A program made the position numbers and the translations under genes. Below, one piece after another: positions 18,617-25,649 of a stretch of 32,000 bases of DNA (positions within the stretch are counted from its first letter, which is position 1; each line of letters begins with the position of its first letter). Source of the stretch: Verrucomicrobiota bacterium. GTDB taxonomy: Bacteria; Verrucomicrobiota; Verrucomicrobiia; Chthoniobacterales; UBA6821. The DNA lies in NCBI GenBank assembly GCA_008932965.1, contig WBXG01000007.1, positions 5,902-37,901 on the forward strand, in the 5' to 3' direction. The notes below the pieces were generated by a model. It did no database searches. It saw nothing but the letters and a program-made list of their open reading frames with translations, and was not told the DNA's origin.

Positions 18617-18686
18617 TGAACGTAGTAATGATGAGCTCTCCACAAGCCGTAGTAGTAGTAGATTTAGTATGAAATATTTGGGCTAG
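18617..18686 (+). repeat. fold-back element family: right-arm fragment abutting the next full copy
   Basis: ...AACGTAGTAATGATGAGCTCTCCACAAGCCGTAGTAGTAGTAGATTTAGTATGAAATATTTGGG-CTAG parallels the right arm of 18683..18866 (AACGCAGCATCCATCTGACTTCCCAGCTTCCGTAGTAGATTGGTATGAAATATTTGGG-CTAG). It shares the CTAG at 18683-18686 with that copy. Confidence 0.75.
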
Positions 18687-18866
18687 CCCAAATATTTCAT
18701 ACTGATCGTGACGAGGAAGCTGCGAAGGGTGATGGGGCAAGGCAGTCGAGCATTTTGATGCTGGGCTGTATGAACACATACCGCCCAAGTCAAAATGGGA
18801 GTCTAACGCAGCATCCATCTGACTTCCCAGCTTCCGTAGTAGATTGGTATGAAATATTTGGGCTAG
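18683..18866 (+). mobile_element. fold-back (MITE-like) element, full core copy, used here as the orientation reference
   Basis: CTAG-CCCAAATATTTCATACTGATCG ... GATTGGTATGAAATATTTGGG-CTAG. The whole 184 bp is a long imperfect palindrome centred near 18772. Confidence 0.9.
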
Positions 18867-18870
18867 GATC

Positions 18871-19359
18871 TCACTGGCTTTCGGCTTCAATCAACGATTG
18901 TTGTATTAAAGAAAAAATTTCTATTTGAAGAAGTGCTTTTTCCTGAGCTGAGCTAAATGAGGCATGGTCGCATAGGTGGTGACCTACTTCAGTAATTTGG
19001 TGTTCAGCAGCTAGCGATAAGCGCACAATACTCATCATGCGCAACCAGGCATCTCGGTGAGCTAAGGGAATCTGAAAAGAACGAAGCTGCTTAGAAGGAT
19101 TTTCATATTCCAGTGCAGCTAAATCAGTGAGAACTTTCTCATGACATGAGGAAAAGAGCGCTTGAAGTTCGGGGACAATATATTCTTTCCAATCTTGAGA
19201 AAAGAGGGGGTCTTGTTTGGTCAGTTTTTGAAAAAGATATTCATTCACGATCTGTGAACTCAGTTCTTTTTGCTGTAATGGTTGGGTTAAAAGTGTCACA
19301 AGAGAAAAATCGATTTCTTGAAAAAGAAGGTCACCATTAGGTTGAAGAGAACAATTCAT
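18871..19359 (-). CDS. hypothetical protein
   Basis: 162-aa ORF with no competing frame. No motif that I can assign securely. Confidence 0.5.
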   Translation of the reverse strand: MNCSLQPNGDLLFQEIDFSLVTLLTQPLQQKELSSQIVNEYLFQKLTKQDPLFSQDWKEYIVPELQALFSSCHEKVLTDLAALEYENPSKQLRSFQIPLAHRDAWLRMMSIVRLSLAAEHQITEVGHHLCDHASFSSAQEKALLQIEIFSLIQQSLIEAESQ

Positions 19360-19417
19360 ACTATTTTTTTAACAGAGCTTGATGAAAGGTGTGGAGATTG
19401 ATGGAGGTTATTTCAAC

Positions 19418-19585
19418 ATGAAACTGCCTAACAGTAATCATAAAAAATCTCTTCTTTGGGGAATTGATGTAGGTGGAACCAAAATAGAAGGAGTGATTAT
19501 TGATTCGTCTCAACAAAACCGAGCTCTCCATCGGCTTCGTGTTCCAACAGAATCTCCTCAAGGACCAGAACATATCATGAGGTAG
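19418..19585 (+). pseudogene. N-terminal remnant of a ROK-family sugar kinase, cut off at repeat copy 19599..19804
   Basis: MKLPNSNHKKSLLWGIDVGGTKIEGVIID carries the ROK/ASKHA phosphate-1 motif (GIDxGGT). The ORF stops after ~55 codons, 13 nt before the element. No continuation exists downstream, where clpS lies on the opposite strand. Confidence 0.65.
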
Positions 19586-19598
19586 TTACAGCTTCTTG

Positions 19599-19804
19599 TT
19601 AACCCGGATATTTCATTCCGATCACCTGCGGAAGCCGGGAAGCTAGGGTTGATGCTGCGTTGGTCTCGAATTGTGATTCGGGAGGTAGGGACTCTACAGC
19701 CCTGCATCAAAATGCTCGCCTGCGTTGACTCGCTCGCTCCCACGCGGTCTCCCATCAGCCTTCGCAGCCTCCTCATCACGATCAGTATGAAATATCCAGG
19801 TTAA
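19599..19804 (-). mobile_element. fold-back element, full copy with a minimal cassette (19725..19752)
   Basis: TTAA-CCCGGATATTTCATTCCGATC ... GATCAGTATGAAATATCCAGG-TTAA. Lies between the ROK remnant and the clpS stop codon. Confidence 0.9.
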
Positions 19805-20091
19805 AAAATTTGCTCCAATGCTGCTGTAAGCAAATATCCCTGGAGTTTTTCTACGTAGAGTTCTCCTTCTTCACGAGAGCCGGACCAAAGAGTAGAGCGT
19901 CCTTGTACGTGTACTTCGCGCATTTTTTTTTCTGCAATTTCTTTGCTAAATCCAAAGATCTTTTGAAATACCATAGTCACATAACTCATTAGATTAATAG
20001 GATCATCATGGACAACGACCTGCCAGACTGGCTCCAGTTCTAGTTCCATGACTGTTTCAGGATTTTCTAAAATGAGTGGTTCCGTTGTCAT
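19801..20091 (-). CDS. clpS: ATP-dependent Clp protease adaptor ClpS
   Basis: VVVHDDPINLMSYVTMVFQKIFGFSKEIAEKKMREVHVQGRS. The TAA stop is the TTAA flank of the adjacent element. Confidence 0.9.
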   Translation of the reverse strand: MTTEPLILENPETVMELELEPVWQVVVHDDPINLMSYVTMVFQKIFGFSKEIAEKKMREVHVQGRSTLWSGSREEGELYVEKLQGYLLTAALEQIF

Positions 20092-20555
20092 AGTATTAAT
20101 GATTTTATTTCGGTAAGCGCTTTTTTCAAAAGGGTCTCTTGCAAGCTATGCATTATTTCATATTCCTGTTTCGTTTGATCATCATAGTCAAGTAAATGGA
20201 GTAGTCCATGAATCACACAGCGTGCTACTTCATGATCCACTTTTTCCTGAAATTTCTGAGCATGGAGGGCCACGGTTGGAATGCCAATAAGGATCTCACC
20301 AAGCTCATCACTATGAGCAAAGGTGATAACGTCGGTTGGGGTGGGATCTTGAAGAAATTGAGCATGCACTTGAGTGATCATCCGATCATTGAGAAAAGTG
20401 ATTTCAATAATGTTGGGAAGTCGGCTGTGAGGATAACGAGGTTCTTTAATACAAGAAACAAGTGCTATTTCAACAAGGGATTGAATTTTTTGAAAATGAA
20501 TTTTTACTTTTCGTTGTCGTTGTGACCAGATAAGTCGTGGATAAGAAGTTTGCAT
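20088..20555 (-). CDS. ybeY: rRNA maturation endoribonuclease YbeY
   Basis: Metal site HGLLHLLDYDD. 155 aa. ATGA overlap with clpS. Confidence 0.9.
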   Translation of the reverse strand: MQTSYPRLIWSQRQRKVKIHFQKIQSLVEIALVSCIKEPRYPHSRLPNIIEITFLNDRMITQVHAQFLQDPTPTDVITFAHSDELGEILIGIPTVALHAQKFQEKVDHEVARCVIHGLLHLLDYDDQTKQEYEIMHSLQETLLKKALTEIKSLIL

Positions 20556-20629
20556 AGCGATAGACTATTTTAAAATCAACAGTTGAGCGTCGCTCTTTAA
20601 TAGCATAACATTTTCAAATTAGAAATTAT

Positions 20630-21304
20630 ATGCCGCATTCCAAGATCACTCACGATACTGTTACTGCTGCAGTAAAAAAAGGAACGGGTAAAAACAAATT
20701 ACCCCATTCTTGGAAAGATCCACTTCATCTTTTAAGTCGTTTTCTTGTAAAACCTCACTCTGTGGGATCCATTTGGCCAAGTTCCCAGCACCTGGCTCGA
20801 GCAATGATTGATGGTGTTGCTCTGAAGCCCGGAGATGTCATTGTGGAGTATGGACCGGGAACAGGGCCTTTTACACAGCTTTTACGGAATCATGTAGCTG
20901 CGGGAGTCGACTATATCGGCATTGAATATGATAAAAATCTCTATAAAAATCTGACTACTCGTTTTTCAGAAATGCGTTTTCATCATGGTTCTGCAGAAGA
21001 TACAGCAGCCATTCTCAAGCATTATAAGCTCAAGCCAGCTTCTCTCATTATCTCTGGATTACCTTTTGCAAATATGCCAACAGCACTTCAGGAGCGTATT
21101 CTCAATGCAACTCAAGAGGCACTCCTTGAGGATGGAATGTTCCGAACTTTTTCTTATCTCTTATCTTCAATGAGACCTCGTATTACTCACTTTCAAAAAA
21201 TGGTTTCTATCCGTTTCAATGAAAAGCATCAAAGTACAACAGTACTTCGAAACTTTCCTCCGGCACGTGTCTTTAGTTTTTCTCGACCAGTAATGCAAAA
21301 ATGA
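20630..21304 (+). CDS. class I SAM-dependent methyltransferase (phospholipid N-methyltransferase/COG3963-like)
   Basis: GSIWPSSQHLARAMID followed by motif I VEYGPGTGPFT. Confidence 0.65.
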   Translation: MPHSKITHDTVTAAVKKGTGKNKLPHSWKDPLHLLSRFLVKPHSVGSIWPSSQHLARAMIDGVALKPGDVIVEYGPGTGPFTQLLRNHVAAGVDYIGIEYDKNLYKNLTTRFSEMRFHHGSAEDTAAILKHYKLKPASLIISGLPFANMPTALQERILNATQEALLEDGMFRTFSYLLSSMRPRITHFQKMVSIRFNEKHQSTTVLRNFPPARVFSFSRPVMQK

Positions 21305-21343
21305 GTTGCCCGCCCACAATTGCAAACATACTGCTCCGTTTCA

Positions 21344-21418
21344 AGTTATCCCCATCCGTATTGAAAAGTAAAACTAGTTTGGCTGCCTTGCATAGATTTG
21401 AACTATGACAAGCAGATT
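21344..21418. repeat. 75-bp direct repeat, copy 1: duplicate of the tRNA-Gln 3' half (nt 36-74) plus 36 bp of downstream flank
   Basis: AGTTATCCCCATCCGTATTGAAAAGTAAAACTAGTTTGGCTGCCTTGCATAGATTTGAACTATGACAAGCAGATT is identical to 21518..21592 except for one T/C difference. Confidence 0.9.
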
Positions 21419-21517
21419 GACTCGCTCGCTCTCGCTCGTCTCGCCCCTTTGGGGTTGCTTTATCAAAGCAATCTACCCCGCGGCTTTGCAGCCGCCGGTG
21501 TTCAGTCTGAATCTGCT
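21419..21517 (+). mobile_element. 99-bp GC-rich cassette inserted between the two 75-bp repeats
   Basis: The preceding TT (21417-18, the last two bases of repeat copy 1) plus GACTCGCTCGCTCTCGCTCGTCTCGCCCCTTTGGGGTTGCTTTATCAAAGCAATCTACCCCGCGGCTTTGCAGCCGCCGGTG... is almost base-for-base the reverse complement of 22611..22684. The cassette ends in an inverted copy of the anticodon-stem sequence (AATCTGCT versus AGCAGATT). Confidence 0.8.
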
Positions 21518-21592
21518 AGTTATCCCCATCCGTATTGAAAAGTAAAACTAGCTTGGCTGCCTTGCATAGATTTGAACTATGACAAGCAGATT
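21518..21592. repeat. 75-bp direct repeat, copy 2 (part of the intact tRNA-Gln locus)
   Basis: See copy 1. It covers the 36-bp flank plus tRNA nt 36-74. Confidence 0.9.
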
Positions 21593-21627
21593 CAGAGTCT
21601 GCTGTGCTACCGTTACACCACAAGGCA
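21554..21627 (-). tRNA. tRNA-Gln: tRNA-Gln (anticodon CUG), CCA encoded
   Basis: Folded by hand from TGCCTTGTGGTGTAACGGTAGCACAGCAGACTCTGAATCTGCTTGTCATAGTTCAAATCTATGCAAGGCAGCCA. The 7-bp acceptor stem starts with a U1-A72 pair and has discriminator G, as in bacterial tRNA-Gln. The D stem is GTGT/GCAC. The anticodon stem is GCAGA/TCTGC with loop CTCTGAA. The T stem is CATAG/CTATG with loop TTCAAAT. Confidence 0.9.
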
Positions 21628-21637
21628 ATACATTGTC

Positions 21638-22162
21638 TTATTCTGAAAAAAATTCCGGTGGAGCTGTTAAGCTCATGATGCCGCCAAATTTAGAATAAAC
21701 AAAGCGGGAGGAGGTGGTATTACCACGTGTTATTCCAGAAACCTCCGTTATTCCTTGGTTGGCTAATTGCTCGAGTGAGGCATACAAAAGAGCAGAGCCG
21801 AAACCACGATTACGATATTCCGTAAGAACCCAAGGGCCGCTCAGCAGGTGACAGGGAGCCTCCGGTCTCATATCAAGTATCGATACTCCAATAATGCGAT
21901 GACCATGAGCTATGAGAAGGCACGAAGGGGTATTGTTATCAATAAAAGCTCGTTTTACTGCTTCATGAATGGCATTAGTGGCAATAATTGTAGCATCATG
22001 CCACTCTGTGTTCATTTTTAATGAAAGCAGAGCTACTTGTTTTACCATCTCCTTTTCATCATAGGAGGCTGGACGAACTGAAAATGGTGCTCCCAATTGA
22101 GGGCGATTAGGAAGCTTTACTGTTTTCCAATGAAAAAGATTCCAAGGTGTATTAGAAATCAT
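21638..22162 (-). CDS. GNAT-family N-acetyltransferase
   Basis: Acetyl-CoA motif YRNRGFGSALL. 174 aa. Confidence 0.75.
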   Translation of the reverse strand: MISNTPWNLFHWKTVKLPNRPQLGAPFSVRPASYDEKEMVKQVALLSLKMNTEWHDATIIATNAIHEAVKRAFIDNNTPSCLLIAHGHRIIGVSILDMRPEAPCHLLSGPWVLTEYRNRGFGSALLYASLEQLANQGITEVSGITRGNTTSSRFVYSKFGGIMSLTAPPEFFSE

Positions 22163-22216
22163 GAATTAAATTTAATAAAAGAGGGGGTTATGAAAATTTC
22201 TTATTATAAAATGGCT

Positions 22217-22401
22217 TTAACCCGAATATTTCATCCTGATCTACTACGGAAGACGGGAAGCAAGGGTGGATGCTGCGTTAGGCTCCCATTTTGACTTGGA
22301 CAGTACCTACTCATACAGTCCTGCATCAAAATACGTGTCTGCCTTGCCCCATCAGCCTTCGCAGCTTCCTCGTCACGACTAGTATGAAATATTCGGTTTA
22401 A
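22217..22401 (-). mobile_element. fold-back element, full core copy
   Basis: TTAA-CCCGAATATTTCATCCTGATC ... GACTAGTATGAAATATTCGGT-TTAA. Colinear with the reverse complement of 18683..18866. Confidence 0.9.
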
Positions 22402-22510
22402 GAAATATCGTGGCGATTCAAGTTTCGAATCAGGCAATAACACTAAGCTAGTTTTCACATTGGTCAAGTAGTGTCTGATCTCAATGAAAGCAGATGGATC
22501 TATTTATGGG

Positions 22511-22864
22511 TTAACCCGCCTACTTCATACCGATTCTGCTGCAGCTTGCGAACACCTGATAGATACTGCGTCAGTCTCGAATTGCTCCTCGGGCAGTATG
22601 ACTACCGGCAGCGGGGAAGCTGCGGGAGAGATTGTCGCAAAGCGACAACCCGAAGGGCGAGACGAGCGAGAGCGAGCGAGTCAAACTACAGCCGTCGTCG
22701 CAATCCATCACCTTCGTTGACTCGCTCGCTCCCGTTCGTCTCGCCCTTTCAGGGCTGCCCCCTAAAGCCAGGGCAGTCTCCACCACGGTCTCCCGACCGC
22801 AGGTGGTTTCTGTATCAGGATTCGAGGCGCCTTGCGACGAACCAGTATGAAATATGCGGGTTAA
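22511..22864 (-). mobile_element. composite 354-bp fold-back element with two inverted copies of the GC-rich cassette (22611..22684 inverted, 22717..22806 direct)
   Basis: TTAA-CCCGCCTACTTCATACCGAT ... ACCAGTATGAAATATGCGGG-TTAA. The left ~90 nt is colinear with copy 25457..25640. Internal inverted repeat: GAAGGGCGAGACGAGCGAGAGCGAGCGAGTCAA / TTGACTCGCTCGCTCCCGTTCGTCTCGCCCTTTC. Confidence 0.9.
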
Positions 22865-22923
22865 TTGAGGATGGACTATCAAGGAGAGCGCAGAAGTGGT
22901 AGCAATGATAACAATTATAGAAG

Positions 22924-24042
22924 TTACAAATAGAGTGCATTAACTAAACGCTGTGTTCGTGGCCCTGAAAGAACACCATGATGCATCACATTGGGTACAT
23001 AGGCGAAACCCCATTCACGTTCTGGATCAGCAAAGGCAAGAGTTCCTCCTGCTCCTGGATGGCCAAAAGCTCGAGGATTTTTTCCCATGATCTTGGAGTT
23101 ATTATTTACCATTAATCCTGCTGAGAAAAAAGTTTCCTGCTGGAGTACCCGATCTATTCCAGATGCCATTGGTGTTTCCATGAGGTCGCGTGTTTTTTTA
23201 TTAAAAAAAGGACGATCCTCATCCATGGCCACAAGTGAGTAAAATTTGGCAAGTGCAGCAGCATTACTAATAGCACCTGAAGAAACAATAGAGGCTCGAC
23301 GTAGCTCTGGACGATTCATGGATGCCATTGGAAAACTTCCTCCGGGTTCTATGAATGCTCGTCGTGTCAGGGTAGTAGGATCAATGTAAGCAGCGCTAAA
23401 ATCACTTGGTGGAGCTGCGGTTTTAGGTGGTATAATAGTTGCTGCTCGATCGAGATGTGCCTCCGGAAGACCAAACCAAAGATCAATTTCAAAAGGGTCT
23501 GCAAAATGTGTGCGCCAGTAGGAGGAGAGGGGGACTCCATCGCAAAGACGCCTTAAGAGTTCATCTACAAGAGAGCCGAAAGTACGAGCCCCATAACCAT
23601 GGCTCCCATCGTAGGGCCAGTTAGATGGCTGCTTAGCAAGAGCCTCAACAATTCCTGCATGATCAGTAAGCAAAAGCCCTTTTTGGTCGAGTGCAGCAAG
23701 ACCAGCGCGATGCGAGAGGAGTTGAGCAATAGTAATATTTTCTTTACCGGCTTGTGCAAATTCTGGCCAGAATGTAGCCACTTTTTCCTCTAAAGAAATG
23801 TTTTTTTCTTCAAGAGCATGAAGAAGAGTAGTAGCTGCAATTCCTTTTCCTGCTGACCAAATCAGCGAGAGTGTTCTCTCCGTCCAGGGTTTCGTTTGTG
23901 ATGTATCACACCATCCCCCATACAAAGAGATGATTTTTTCTCCGCGGTGATAGAGAGCCAGAGAGGCCCCCATTTCAAGATCTTCGTCAAAATTATGTTG
24001 AAATGCACAGGAAAGTTGATCTGAAATTTTAGAATAGTTCAT
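22924..24042 (-). CDS. serine hydrolase, beta-lactamase/esterase (class C-like) family
   Basis: SxxK motif (SAGK in LIWSAGKGIAATTLL), plus LLSHRAGL and GHPGAGG. I prefer the ATG at 24042 (MNYSKI). The ORF track extends to a GTG at 24084, which abuts repeat fragment 24086..24253. Confidence 0.75.
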   Translation of the reverse strand: MNYSKISDQLSCAFQHNFDEDLEMGASLALYHRGEKIISLYGGWCDTSQTKPWTERTLSLIWSAGKGIAATTLLHALEEKNISLEEKVATFWPEFAQAGKENITIAQLLSHRAGLAALDQKGLLLTDHAGIVEALAKQPSNWPYDGSHGYGARTFGSLVDELLRRLCDGVPLSSYWRTHFADPFEIDLWFGLPEAHLDRAATIIPPKTAAPPSDFSAAYIDPTTLTRRAFIEPGGSFPMASMNRPELRRASIVSSGAISNAAALAKFYSLVAMDEDRPFFNKKTRDLMETPMASGIDRVLQQETFFSAGLMVNNNSKIMGKNPRAFGHPGAGGTLAFADPEREWGFAYVPNVMHHGVLSGPRTQRLVNALYL

Positions 24043-24085
24043 GGTGGATAAGCTCGAAATCTTCCTCAAGTAGTGGGTGCTCACA

Positions 24086-24253
24086 CAGCCACCATCGCCT
24101 TCTTTGACTCGCGCGATCCAGCTCGTTTCTTTTTTAAGGGCTTACTAACCTAACAACTGAGTTAGTAATCGCTCTGGTGGTCTTCCTGTCACGTCTGGTT
24201 TCTATACCAGGCCGCTTACCTTATAACATTTCAGTGTGAAATATCTGTGCTAG
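24086..24253 (-). repeat. fold-back element family: right-half fragment with cassette (24104..24182)
   Basis: CCACCATCGCCTTCTTTGACTCGCGCGATCCAGCTCGTTTC...GGTTTCTATACCAGG...TCAGTGTGAAATATCTGTG-CTAG parallels the right half of 22511..22864. Confidence 0.7.
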
Positions 24254-25314
24254 GCTATGGTTACCTCTTTGCAGAGATAGACATCTTGAATGGACTGAAT
24301 CAATTGAATTCCTTCAGCCATGGGGCGCTGAAAGGCTTTGCGTCCGCAGATAAGGCCTGTTCCTCCTGCACGTTTATTGATCACAGCTGTTTTAACAGCA
24401 TCAGCAAAATCGTGTTCGCCCGAAGCTCCTCCACTGTTGATAAGCCCAGCACGTCCCATGTAACAGTTGGCTACTTGATAGCGGCACAAGTCAATAGGAT
24501 GGTCTGAAGTAAGTTCAGTATATATGCGTTCATCGAGCTTTCCATAGCTGGAGTTACCTGTATTAAGAGCCTTGTAGCCGCCATTGTTCTCAGGAAGTTT
24601 TTGTTTGATGATATCTGCTTCGATGGTGACTCCGAGATGATTAGCTTGGCCAGTTAAGTCGGCCGAAACGTGATAATCCTTGTCTTTTTTGAATGCCGGA
24701 TTACGCAAGTAGCACCAGAGGACAGTAGCCATTCCAAGCTCATGAGCATGATGAAAGACCTCTGCAACCTCAACAATTTCTTTGTCGGCATCTTCAGAAC
24801 CAAAATAGATCGTGGCTCCGACTGCAGCTGCTCCCATGTCGTAGGCCTCTTCAACAGTACCAAACATAATTTCTTGATGTTTATTGGGGTAGGTGAGCAA
24901 TTCGTTGTGGTTAAGTTTTACGAGAAAAGGAATATGATGAGCATATTTACGAGCAACCATTCCAAGCACACCACAAGTAGAGGCAACGGCACTGCATCCT
25001 GCCTCAATAGCCAATCGTACAATGTTTTCAGGGTCAAAATAGATCGGATTTTTTGCAAAGCTAGCACCTGCAGAGTGCTCTACTCCTTGATCAACCGGGA
25101 GTATGGAAAGATAGCCTGTTCCACCAAGGCGGCCATGAGCATACATCCGCTGTAGATTGCCCAAAGTACGTAGATTACGATCAGAATGAGAAAAAATACG
25201 GTCTACAAAATCAGGCCCGGGTAAATTCAAAAGCTCTTTTGCAATGGTCATCGACTTGTGCGTGAGAAGTGAGTCTGCTTCTGATCCGAGATATTGTTGA
25301 ATAGTAGAAATCAT
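24250..25314 (-). CDS. fbaB: class I fructose-bisphosphate aldolase (FbaB/DhnA type)
   Basis: 354 aa. [31 protein letters not shown] and the overall length match the FbaB family. The TAG stop is the CTAG flank of a repeat fragment. Confidence 0.8.
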   Translation of the reverse strand: MISTIQQYLGSEADSLLTHKSMTIAKELLNLPGPDFVDRIFSHSDRNLRTLGNLQRMYAHGRLGGTGYLSILPVDQGVEHSAGASFAKNPIYFDPENIVRLAIEAGCSAVASTCGVLGMVARKYAHHIPFLVKLNHNELLTYPNKHQEIMFGTVEEAYDMGAAAVGATIYFGSEDADKEIVEVAEVFHHAHELGMATVLWCYLRNPAFKKDKDYHVSADLTGQANHLGVTIEADIIKQKLPENNGGYKALNTGNSSYGKLDERIYTELTSDHPIDLCRYQVANCYMGRAGLINSGGASGEHDFADAVKTAVINKRAGGTGLICGRKAFQRPMAEGIQLIQSIQDVYLCKEVTIA

Positions 25315-25456
25315 AAAAAGAGTATTTAGAAGTTTGGTAATTTTTAGCTACTTGGTCCAATGAGTTTGGAATATCCTAGCGAAGTAAGTATTTAAATTAG
25401 TAGCATTAGCGGAAGTGTACAATTTCAAAATTGGAAAAAAGGAAATAAGGGTCAGG

Positions 25457-25640
25457 CTAACCCGCCCATTTCATACCGATTCTGCTGCGGCTTGCGAACA
25501 CCTGATGGATACTGCGTCAGCTTCGAATTGCTCCTCGGGCAGTAGGGACTCATACAGCCCTACATCAAAATGCTCGCCTGCCTCACCCCATCAGCCCCCG
25601 CGGCCTCCTCGTCACGATCAGTATGAAATATCCGGGTTAA
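25457..25640 (-). mobile_element. fold-back element, full core copy (variant left arm shared with 22511..22864)
   Basis: CTAA-CCCGCCCATTTCATACCGAT ... GATCAGTATGAAATATCCGGG-TTAA. Confidence 0.9.
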
Positions 25641-25649
25641 AAGTTCTGT

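Noticed and set aside
18871-19359. The 162-aa ORF downstream of clpS as a DUF2017-type ClpS-associated protein.
   Set aside because: The idea rests only on a vague recollection of the DUF2017/clpS adjacency in other phyla and on one weak motif (WLRMMSIVRLSLAAEH). I cannot support it without an HMM search, so it stays hypothetical.
21419-21517. The 99-bp insert next to tRNA-Gln as a tRNA intron (group I or archaeal-type).
   Set aside because: The full tRNA at 21554..21627 is uninterrupted and folds canonically. The insert lies downstream of it, between the intact gene and a duplicated 3' half, and it is far too short for a group I intron.
22471-22902. ORF-track ORFs lying inside the repeat elements: 4294..4566, 7356..7547, 7550..7744, 18429..18890, 19558..19779, 22231..22467, 22471..22902, 22484..22720, 22571..22882, 22632..22850 and 25415..25675. 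Many share peptides such as DQYEICGL or PRHDQYEISGL.
   Set aside because: The shared peptides are simply translations of the conserved terminal repeat (GATCAGTATGAAATATGCGGG). The ORFs run on both strands of the same DNA and begin and end at element boundaries. Their similarity is at the nucleotide level and includes the non-coding frames. I treat them as repeat DNA, not genes.
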